Origin: Candidatus Aenigmatarchaeota archaeon
GTDB taxonomy: Archaea; Aenigmatarchaeota; Aenigmatarchaeia; GW2011-AR5
Assembly: GCA_016198685.1 (NCBI GenBank)
Contig: JACQID010000004.1
Location: 117,864 to 181,863 of the forward strand
Direction of reading: 5' to 3'
Length of the DNA stretch: 64,000 nt
Of this stretch, positions 56,826 through 64,000 are shown one piece after another (the stretch's first letter is position 1; every line of letters begins with the position of its first letter). Under the pieces are notes generated by a model. The model was not told where the DNA came from, did not search any database, and saw only the letters and a list, made by a program, of their open reading frames with translations. The translations under genes and the position numbers were made by a program.

Positions 56826-59285
56826 TCACCATCTATCAAAGTCTATCTTTCCTGCGTCGGACTTTGCGGGATCTACTCCATCGCCGCCGACGAAGAACTG
56901 GATTATGTGGCCCCTGCTGTTTCTTACTGTGCCGTCATATTCAACGCGCAAATCCTGCAGTGCATTGACAAGTCTCCTCTCCATGTATCCGGAATGTCGC
57001 GTGTGAAGCGACTTATCCATGAGGTTTTCCCTCGAGTTCATGGCATCGAAGAAGAATTCAAACGGATCAAGGCTTTCTTTGTAACCGTGGGATACGAACC
57101 CTCTTGCCTTAAGGCCAAGGTCGCCGGCTGCAAAGTGCGACAGCGTCCTTCCTATGAATCCTCTGTGTATTCTTTCGCCTTCAAGCGCTTCCTGGCCGAC
57201 GAAAGCGCACATCTGCGTCAGGTTAACGTAGCTGCCTCTTGCGCCGCTTACTGCCATTATGACTGAAGAGTTCAAGGGCAGATCCTTCTTGATTATGTCG
57301 CTTGCCTTGTTGGAAGCCTCTCCTCCAAGCTGCAGGATTCTGCTCTCAAGCAACATTCTTGGATCCATGCCAGATGCCTTGTCTTCCTTGCCTTTGTGGT
57401 ATTCCTTCACAAGAGTCTTTACTGCATTGTCATATTCTTCGGATATTTCTTCAAGCTTTTTCTTGCTCTTGTCGCTTATGTCTTCATCGCCGGACGATAT
57501 GCTGAATCCTTTTTTGGATATGACTTCCAGTGCAAGTCGCGAAACTTTGTCAATGAAATCTCTGGCTTCTGCATGGGAATATTTCTTTTCTATGACATCT
57601 ATAAGCTTGCCTTTCTTTTCTCCCAGTGCATTGTCGTCTATTACGCCCTTCTTCAGAGAGCCATTCTTTATTTCGACGGTCTCTCCGGAAGCGGATGTGT
57701 AGGTAATGTTGAAGTCCTTGGGAAGTATATAGCTGAATATTTCTTTTCCTGTGTATTCGTCCTTGATTTCAAAGTCTTCTATACCTATGGCCGTAAGAAG
57801 TTCTGTCGCCTGTCTTCTGTTGAGCTTGGTTGTATCCTGCGTCAGAAGGAAGGAACCTGTTATATGGTCGTGCTTGCACGCGATGACAGGCTTTCCGTAT
57901 CTTGGGGACCTGATGTGATTCTCAACTGCCATGAGCATTTCAGCTTCAGTTCTGGCTTCCTCGGTTTGAGGAACGTGTATATTCATTTCGTCCCCGTCAA
58001 AGTCTGCATTGTAAGGTATTGTCACTGCCAGGGAGAGTCTGATGGTTCTATAAGGCATTATTCTGGCCTTGTGCGCCATCATGCTCATTCTGTGCAACGA
58101 CGGCTGCCTGTTGACTATTACAATGTCTCCGTTGTCAAGGTGTCTTTCAACGATATATCCTGGCACTATTTCGTTGGATACGTCTTCCTTGTTTTCTTCT
58201 GTTATTTTCTTCCTTACGCCATCCGGCCTTATCACATAATTAGCTCCCGGGTGCGTTGTCATGTTCTTTACGATTGATCTCATGTGTTCAAGGTTTAGGG
58301 TAGTTACTCTTGCAGGAATTGTCAGCTCTTTGGCTATCTCAAGCGGTATGCCAACTTCGCTTATTGATAATCTGGGGTCGGGGGAGATGACCGTACGTGC
58401 CGAGAAGTTAACCCTTTTTCCGCTCAGGTTGCTTCTGAAGCGTCCTTCCTTCTTGCTGAGTCTCTGAACAAGCGTCTTCAGTGCCCTTCCGGATCTATGC
58501 CGTGCCGGCGGTAGCGTTGAGATTTCATTGCTCATCAAAGTAGAAACATGGTATTGTAAAAGTTCCCATATGTCTGCTATTATGAAGTCAGGAGCTCCAA
58601 GTTCGAGATTCTTTCTTAGTCTTTCATTTATTCTGACTATGTCGACGAGCTTGTGCGTCAAATCGTCCTCGCTTCTCTCACCTGTTTCCAGCGTTATTGA
58701 CGGCCTTACTGTCACCGGAGGCACAGGCAGTATCGTGAGTATGAGCCATTCGGGCCTGGTCTTTATTTTGAGGATTGCAAGATCATCATCGGTTATCTTT
58801 TCAAGGCGCTGTCTGACTTCTTCAGACGTTAGGTCCGTGTTGCCCTCTCTGTAGGAGGTAGGCTTGAAATAGGTGATTTCCTTTTGCTTCTCGCCGCATG
58901 CAGGGCATGTCTTGATCTTCTTCTTGTATATATGGGTCAATCTGTTGCCTTTGATCTTCTCTGATTCGTCCTTAGGAATAAGATTTGCAGAGCACTTTCT
59001 GCATGTCGATTTGAGAAGCATGTATATCTTCTTCCCGTAAAGCGGATGGACTATGGGCTTGGTAAGCTCAAGGTATCCGAAGTGGCCGAGGCATTGTCCT
59101 ATTGTGCCGCCGCATGTCCTGCATCGAAGCCCCGGGTCAACGACACCAAGATGCAGATCAGCAAGACCGCCATCTATAGGATATCCGTCCGGGTCATAAA
59201 GCTCGGGTTGCTCTATCTTGATTGCGCTCATGTCCTTGATTATTTTTGGCGACAGGAATCCGAATTCTATGCTTTTGATTTTCAT
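56826..59285 (-). CDS. rpoA1: DNA-directed RNA polymerase subunit A'
   Basis: Start at ATG 59285 ([16 protein letters not shown]), 1 nt after the rpoB stop. Zn motif CRTCGG and the [10 protein letters not shown] catalytic loop. Confidence 0.95.
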   Translation of the reverse strand: MKIKSIEFGFLSPKIIKDMSAIKIEQPELYDPDGYPIDGGLADLHLGVVDPGLRCRTCGGTIGQCLGHFGYLELTKPIVHPLYGKKIYMLLKSTCRKCSANLIPKDESEKIKGNRLTHIYKKKIKTCPACGEKQKEITYFKPTSYREGNTDLTSEEVRQRLEKITDDDLAILKIKTRPEWLILTILPVPPVTVRPSITLETGERSEDDLTHKLVDIVRINERLRKNLELGAPDFIIADIWELLQYHVSTLMSNEISTLPPARHRSGRALKTLVQRLSKKEGRFRSNLSGKRVNFSARTVISPDPRLSISEVGIPLEIAKELTIPARVTTLNLEHMRSIVKNMTTHPGANYVIRPDGVRKKITEENKEDVSNEIVPGYIVERHLDNGDIVIVNRQPSLHRMSMMAHKARIMPYRTIRLSLAVTIPYNADFDGDEMNIHVPQTEEARTEAEMLMAVENHIRSPRYGKPVIACKHDHITGSFLLTQDTTKLNRRQATELLTAIGIEDFEIKDEYTGKEIFSYILPKDFNITYTSASGETVEIKNGSLKKGVIDDNALGEKKGKLIDVIEKKYSHAEARDFIDKVSRLALEVISKKGFSISSGDEDISDKSKKKLEEISEEYDNAVKTLVKEYHKGKEDKASGMDPRMLLESRILQLGGEASNKASDIIKKDLPLNSSVIMAVSGARGSYVNLTQMCAFVGQEALEGERIHRGFIGRTLSHFAAGDLGLKARGFVSHGYKESLDPFEFFFDAMNSRENLMDKSLHTRHSGYMERRLVNALQDLRVEYDGTVRNSRGHIIQFFVGGDGVDPAKSDAGKIDFDRW

Positions 59286-59286
59286 A

Positions 59287-62200
59287 TTAATCACCCACTT
59301 TGACCTTGGGATAGACACCCAGGCACTTCAATTCGTCAAGCATAAGCTTGAATGCATAGCTCATTTCAACTTCATCGATCTTGGATTTGGTGCATACTGG
59401 GCAATATTTCTTACCCTTGACTTTGTCTTCAACCGCAAACATGCCGCACTTGCTGCAGATAGGTACAGTATACTTGTCACTGCTGAATCTTTCCTTGAGC
59501 AGCAGAGAAGCTCCGTGAGCAAGCAGGCAATCCTTCTCCATTTCTCCCAGTCTTAGGCCTCCCTGCTTTACTCTTCCTGCCGTAGGTTGCTTGGTGAGCA
59601 GTGTTACAGGACCTCTTGCTCTGGACTGCACCTTGTTTGCAACCATGTGGTGGAGCTTTTGGTAATAGCATGGTCCTACGAGTATCTGGGATTCGAAACG
59701 CTTGCCTGTTATACCGTCATACATGACTTCCTTGCCGTCATCTCTGAATCCAAGTTCTTCGAGATTCTTTCTCAGGTCCTCTTCTTTGATTCCGTTGAAC
59801 GCAGATGCGTCAACTTTTTTCCCGCTTACAGCGGAGACCTTCGCCGCCACTATCTCAAGCAGCTGGCCTAGAGTCATTCTGCTTGGTATTGCGTGCGGGT
59901 TCAATATAATGTCAGGCGTTATGCCGCTTGCCGTAAATGGCATGTCCTCCTCAGGGAGTATCAATGCTATGACACCCTTTTGTCCGTGCCTGGATGCAAA
60001 CTTGTCACCGAGTTCAGGGAGTCTTTCGCTTCTGACATTTATCTTGACAAGCTTGTTTCCGCTCGACGTTTGGGTTAATATAACATTATCCACAACGCCT
60101 TCTTCTCCATAGCGTATTGTTTCAGATGTTTCTCTTCTGTTTTCTGTTTCGACCATGAAGCTTTCCATCGGGCCGAAGAATCTCAGAGGAGATATCTTGC
60201 CGACGATTACATCGCCTTCCTTAACATCAGTTTCGCGGTTTACTATGCCATCCTGTGACAGGTTTGCGTATGCTTCCTCGGAGCGATAGCCGGAAACGGC
60301 TTTGTCGGGTATTCTTATTTCGTCTTTTTCTATGCCCCAATATCTCATTTCCTCGGTTGAATAATCACGAAGGAAGTAGCTGTGGCCGAATCCTCTTTCA
60401 ATTGATGCCTTGTTAAGTACTATTCCGTCTTCCATGTTGTAACCATGGAAGCTCATTATGGCTATGACGACATTATGACCCTGAGGATGAACCTTGAGGC
60501 CTACTTCGTCACCGACTATTGTGCTGACAAGAGGCATCTGAGGATAAAGCAGAACATCTGCTTTCGTGTCTGCTCTCACGAGGAAGTTTGCTGCATAGAG
60601 TCCGAGCGACTGGCCGGACATCTTTGCACCGAAGTTTACTCGGTCTCCTCTGTTGTGCGTCGGGAAAGGCACGAGTGATGCAGATAATCCTAGCATCACG
60701 CCAGGATTGATTTCCAGATGAGTATTTTCTTTTGTTATGGCGCTTTCGTCTATGGCTACAAGTGCGTTGTTTTCCTCTTCTGCATCAAGGTATTCTATCA
60801 CTCCTTCCCGGAGCAGGTCGTTCCAGCCTAATTCTTTGGAGATAACCTTTTCGCCCAAATCCTTGGTCATCTTAGACTTTCCGTTTTCAACTATTATCAG
60901 CGGTCTCTGGACTCTGCCTGCATCTGTGTTGATATGGACTTCTGCAAATTCAGGAACCCATGATATGTTTACAGATGAGCTGATGTCTGAATTCCTTCTC
61001 TTCTGCTTTATCGCTTCAACGATCTTTTCTGGGTTGTCCGTTCCGCCGGCAATAAAGCCGTCAAGGAATATTGCATTGTCTCCGTTCTCCTTCTTGAGGA
61101 GCGATTCTATGACAGTCTTGTCCTTCTGCGTGGCAGTGTCTGTTATGATTGCGAATATTGCAAGGTATTTTCTCAAGCCTATGTTCACGCCTTCGGGCGT
61201 TTCTTCGGCGCAGAGTCTTCCCCAGTGCGTAGGATGAAGAGCTCTTGCTTCAAAATGCTCTTGGGAAGAGCTGAGAGGCGAAATGACGTTTCTCAGGTGA
61301 GCGACTGTTCTGACAAAGTTCGTTCTTTCGAGTCTTTGGCATACTCCAGTTCTTCCGCCTACCCACTGGCCTGTAGCCATGTGCGATATTATTCTCTTTG
61401 TCAGGTACTCGCTTTCGACAATAGACTGTATAGAAGGCATTTTGCCCCTCTTAACAAGCTTCTGGTAAGAATACACAATTCTGGACACAAGCCCGTATTT
61501 GCCGAGCAGTACGGAGCGGAACAGTATTTCAAAGAAATCCGCGACCATTCGCAGCCTCTTGTTGCCATAATGGTCTATGTCCTGTTCTTCAACGTCGTTG
61601 AGTCCTAGTCTTATGACTTTTCTAACAACCTTGGTCATGTATGTTGCCTTGGTTAATCTATCCTTCTTTGTCTGACCAAGGTGAGGCAAAAGATACTTGT
61701 CTAAAAGATCGTTTATTCTTTTGTCCCTGTATTCCTTCTGGGGTATCTTGATCTTCTTGCCAATATATTCCTTGGCATCATCGACGCTGTTGACGTTCGT
61801 TTCGTAAAGGTTGAAATATATTTCCTGCATTTCTCTTGGTTCCGTGGAAATCGATTCTATTATTTCCTTGTCAGTCTCAACTCCGAGCGCACGGAGTATG
61901 ACAACAACCGGTATCTTCTTTATGTTGGCAAAAGAAATCGTGACTATTCCGCCCTTCCTTTCAATGAGATGTCTCTGCACAAAGCCTGCGGATTCAGAGT
62001 TTATTCTTGCAGTTTCAACGCCGCCTCTTTTCTCAATGATGGGTCTGTTGGAAAGAACTTCCTCCATCATGACGATGGCCCTTTCTGTTCCGTTTATTAT
62101 AAAGTATCCGCCTGGGTCATCGGGGTCTTCTCCGGATTCAATCAATTGGTCCCTGCCCATGCCTGATATCGTGCACAAGCCGGACTTAACCATGACAGGC

Positions 62201-62565
62201 AGATCGCCAATCTTGACTTCCTGAGCCTCCTGCTCAACGCCGTTTATTACAGGAATCATTTCAATGAAAATAGGGGATGCATAAGTTAGGTTTCTTATTC
62301 GGCATTCGTTTGGCGTGACTGTTCTTACAGCGCCGTCTGCCTCCTTAATGTTGGGCTTGGGAATTCTGACTTTGCCTAAACGTATTTTAAACTCGGCAAG
62401 ATCAGGCGTCTCAAGCTGGATTTCTCCTATGTCACCAAAAATCTTCTGAATACGTTTTTCGACGAATTCATTGAATGATTTTATGTGATGACCGTCAAAG
62501 CCAACCTGCTCTCTGAAACTGCCGACAAGAGACTTGTATATTTTTGCGCTTTCATTCACTTGCAT
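59287..62565 (-). CDS. rpoB: DNA-directed RNA polymerase subunit B (unsplit)
   Basis: Single ORF of ~1090 aa containing both B'' and B' regions. ATG at 62565. Track start is GTG at 62574. Confidence 0.95.
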   Translation of the reverse strand: MQVNESAKIYKSLVGSFREQVGFDGHHIKSFNEFVEKRIQKIFGDIGEIQLETPDLAEFKIRLGKVRIPKPNIKEADGAVRTVTPNECRIRNLTYASPIFIEMIPVINGVEQEAQEVKIGDLPVMVKSGLCTISGMGRDQLIESGEDPDDPGGYFIINGTERAIVMMEEVLSNRPIIEKRGGVETARINSESAGFVQRHLIERKGGIVTISFANIKKIPVVVILRALGVETDKEIIESISTEPREMQEIYFNLYETNVNSVDDAKEYIGKKIKIPQKEYRDKRINDLLDKYLLPHLGQTKKDRLTKATYMTKVVRKVIRLGLNDVEEQDIDHYGNKRLRMVADFFEILFRSVLLGKYGLVSRIVYSYQKLVKRGKMPSIQSIVESEYLTKRIISHMATGQWVGGRTGVCQRLERTNFVRTVAHLRNVISPLSSSQEHFEARALHPTHWGRLCAEETPEGVNIGLRKYLAIFAIITDTATQKDKTVIESLLKKENGDNAIFLDGFIAGGTDNPEKIVEAIKQKRRNSDISSSVNISWVPEFAEVHINTDAGRVQRPLIIVENGKSKMTKDLGEKVISKELGWNDLLREGVIEYLDAEEENNALVAIDESAITKENTHLEINPGVMLGLSASLVPFPTHNRGDRVNFGAKMSGQSLGLYAANFLVRADTKADVLLYPQMPLVSTIVGDEVGLKVHPQGHNVVIAIMSFHGYNMEDGIVLNKASIERGFGHSYFLRDYSTEEMRYWGIEKDEIRIPDKAVSGYRSEEAYANLSQDGIVNRETDVKEGDVIVGKISPLRFFGPMESFMVETENRRETSETIRYGEEGVVDNVILTQTSSGNKLVKINVRSERLPELGDKFASRHGQKGVIALILPEEDMPFTASGITPDIILNPHAIPSRMTLGQLLEIVAAKVSAVSGKKVDASAFNGIKEEDLRKNLEELGFRDDGKEVMYDGITGKRFESQILVGPCYYQKLHHMVANKVQSRARGPVTLLTKQPTAGRVKQGGLRLGEMEKDCLLAHGASLLLKERFSSDKYTVPICSKCGMFAVEDKVKGKKYCPVCTKSKIDEVEMSYAFKLMLDELKCLGVYPKVKVGD

Positions 62566-62576
62566 ATGATTCACCT

Positions 62577-62813
62577 TTAGACAACCACTCTATAATATAG
62601 GGTCGTTTCCCCTTCAGAAACTCTTGTTATTTTGACTACATCGCCTTTCTTTGCGCCCAGCTTTTTGGAAACAGAATCGTCTGCATTCATTCGTGGAAGC
62701 TGATTCAGGCTCGCATTAAGCTCATTCAGGAGAAGAGCTTTCTCTTCGTCATTAAGGAGTTCATGCTTCGGTACAATATGGCTCTCGAATATATTGATTT
62801 CTTTTTCTTCCAT
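62577..62813 (-). CDS. rpoH: DNA-directed RNA polymerase subunit H (Rpb5-like)
   Basis: 78 aa. HIVPKHELLNDEEKALL ... GDVVKITRVSEGETTLYYRVV. Confidence 0.85.
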   Translation of the reverse strand: MEEKEINIFESHIVPKHELLNDEEKALLLNELNASLNQLPRMNADDSVSKKLGAKKGDVVKITRVSEGETTLYYRVVV

Positions 62814-62826
62814 TGAACTCCCTCCA

Positions 62827-62933
62827 TGGGCCCGACGGGATTCGAACCCGCGACAGTCGGCTTTCTGCGGGCCCGGTGCCCTGCTGGCACAGGCTTAAAA
62901 GGCCGATGCTCTACCAGGCTGAGCTACAGGCCC
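62827..62933 (-). tRNA. tRNA-Lys (UUU) with 33-nt intron at canonical 37/38 position
   Basis: GGGCCTG-TA-GCTCAGCCTGGTAGAGC-A-TCGGC-CTTTTA|intron|A-GCCGA-CTGTC-GCGGGTTCGAATCCCGT-CGGGCCC-A. All stems pair. Confidence 0.75.
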
Positions 62934-62956
62934 TAGCGACTGGGTTGGTGCGAATA

Positions 62957-63059
62957 CGCCCTGGCCGGGAAATTCAAGATGATGCGGTCTGCAGCATCTT
63001 TTTGAACCCGGGTCGCAGCCTTGACAAGGCTGCATGCTAGGCCGCTACACCACCAAGGC
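62957..63059 (-). tRNA. tRNA-Asp (GUC) with ~30-nt intron inside the T-loop (position ~59/60)
   Basis: GCCTTGG-TG-GTGTAGCGGCCTAGCAT-G-CAGCC-TTGTCAA-GGCTG-CGAC-CCGGG-TTCAAA[AAGATGCTGCAGACCGCATCATCTTGAATT]T-CCCGG-CCAGGGC-G. Removing the 30 nt restores a 7-nt TTCAAAT loop. Confidence 0.65.
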
Positions 63060-63164
63060 AACAGAGAAACATAGATTCAAGTAAAATATTAAAACTCATA
63101 AAGAATAGTCTTAAATCTAGTCCCCAATCCACACACCCTCCTGACGCAATCGCTTAATTATAAT

Positions 63165-63282
63165 GGCCAGCAACGTTCTGGTGTTCCCGGCTTGTAGGCC
63201 AGTACTTGCCATGTCGCAGGAGAGCTTGACTTCCAAGTTCGGAATGGGTTTGGGTATCGCCTCTCCGCTATGATCGCCGACC
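63165..63282 (-). rRNA. 5S ribosomal RNA (solitary)
   Basis: GGTCGGCGATCATAGCGGAGAGG...CCCATTCCGAACTTGGAAGTCAAGCTCTCC...GTACTGG...GGGAACACCAGAACGTTGCTGGCC. Helix I pairs 5' GGTCGGC with 3' GCTGGCC. 118 nt. Confidence 0.8.
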
Positions 63283-63301
63283 ACATTTATTAAGGGCGAT
63301 G

Positions 63302-63312
63302 TTTATTTAAAA
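63302..63312 (-). promoter_or_regulatory. archaeal BRE/TATA promoter for the 5S rRNA
   Basis: On the minus strand, AAAC-TTTTAAATAAA is centred ~26 nt upstream of the 5S 5' G. Confidence 0.45.
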
Positions 63313-63335
63313 GTTTCTTTTGCCCTGTCTACGGC

Positions 63336-63956
63336 CTAACCTGCTTCTTTTGAAGGAAAAATGGCGCTAGACTGATTCGGCCACTTTATTGTCCGCCTCA
63401 ACAACACCATCATGACAAAGATTGCGTTTGCAACAACAAGCGAGGCAGGATACAACCATGTTGTTAATTCTAAATTATCAAAGGCTAGAATAGAGAGGGC
63501 AAATGTAACCGAACCTGCTGCAAAGGTTATGACAGTTTCCGAGTAGGGTTCGTAATATGCCTTCCTAAAAGTAGGTATGAATCCAAGAATATCAACAAGC
63601 GTCACTATTATTACTGCGCTCAAAGGATCGCTTGTAATTTTCCAAATGACAATGCCTGCCAATGCCGCAACCAAACATAACCAATCGGATTTTTTTACAT
63701 AGCTTATTCCTGATTTGAGAAAAGCTATTGATGAAATAGCAAAGCATGTTGCTGCGGTTACTCCGGTAACCCACGCGCCTGCCCCGGCATTTTTTTCTAT
63801 CTGCGCAAAGAAAGCGATCGCCGTCAATAGTCCCCAGATAAACCACGAGAATACATGAGGTTTGGTTCTGTTTCTGAATATATTCAGGAAATAAGGAACA
63901 TAACTTGCAAGACTGACAGCGACTGCAAGAATTGCAAGAGTGGTTTTATATTCCAT
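63336..63956 (-). CDS. polytopic membrane protein, hypothetical
   Basis: 206 aa. About 6-7 hydrophobic helices. ATG at 63956. Confidence 0.45.
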   Translation of the reverse strand: MEYKTTLAILAVAVSLASYVPYFLNIFRNRTKPHVFSWFIWGLLTAIAFFAQIEKNAGAGAWVTGVTAATCFAISSIAFLKSGISYVKKSDWLCLVAALAGIVIWKITSDPLSAVIIVTLVDILGFIPTFRKAYYEPYSETVITFAAGSVTFALSILAFDNLELTTWLYPASLVVANAIFVMMVLLRRTIKWPNQSSAIFPSKEAG

Positions 63957-64000
63957 AGTGTCTTCTAATATTAGAATTGGGTCTTTTAATTGGCTGTACT

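Noticed and set aside
57396-58277. 293-aa plus-strand ORF, and other long plus-strand ORFs between 56000 and 62300
   Set aside because: They are antisense to the highly conserved rpoA'/rpoB coding sequences. They have low-complexity, Leu/Ser/Phe-rich composition typical of shadow ORFs.
62813-63040. 75-aa ORF on the plus strand
   Set aside because: It lies entirely over the two minus-strand tRNA genes (tRNA-Lys, tRNA-Asp). The RNA genes explain the sequence.
1-64000. CRISPR arrays, IS elements, integrases and prophage genes
   Set aside because: No regularly spaced direct repeats were seen. No transposase, integrase or phage-like ORFs were seen. The only tandem repeat is the in-frame 48-bp coding repeat at 19332-19427.

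Overview
This 64 kb window is an archaeal chromosomal segment of roughly 45% GC. Its 3' end carries a tight, all-minus-strand information-processing block. In transcription order this is a solitary 5S rRNA, tRNA-Asp(GUC), tRNA-Lys(UUU), rpoH, rpoB (unsplit), rpoA', rpoA'', L30e, NusA, an inserted hypothetical gene, S12, S7, aEF-2 and one small downstream ORF. The 5' end carries A1AO ATP-synthase subunits A (partial), B and D. Between them lie many other genes. These include a TFS zinc-ribbon factor, a DEAD-box helicase with an RGG tail, Orc1/Cdc6, AlaX, a JAMM/MPN+ protease and an AMP-dependent ligase fused to an unknown C-terminal domain. There is a large secreted cysteine-repeat protein with a Q/N/P-rich tail, next to a membrane nuclease and a Lon-like protease. 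There are also pyruvate-phosphate dikinase, a bacterial-type uvrB-uvrA-uvrC operon and a HIT hydrolase. One cluster has three paralogous hydrolase-like genes plus two RimK-type ATP-grasp ligases, headed by an intron-containing tRNA-Trp. Further genes include an NhaP antiporter, an HldD-like epimerase, dnaJ, a tandem pair of MgtE transmembrane-only proteins, an HD hydrolase, LemA and an M48 peptidase. A bacterial-type hsp20-grpE-dnaK operon has a divergent winged-helix regulator, and there is a GIY-YIG protein. All three tRNAs carry introns, and the Asp intron sits in the T-loop. The unsplit rpoB, unlinked 5S and a non-canonical tRNA intron suggest a Thermoplasmata- or DPANN-like lineage; this is inference only. 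No CRISPR array, transposase, integrase or rRNA operon was seen. The ORF track translates TTG/GTG starts as M, so several gene starts were moved to internal ATGs by reading the sequence.
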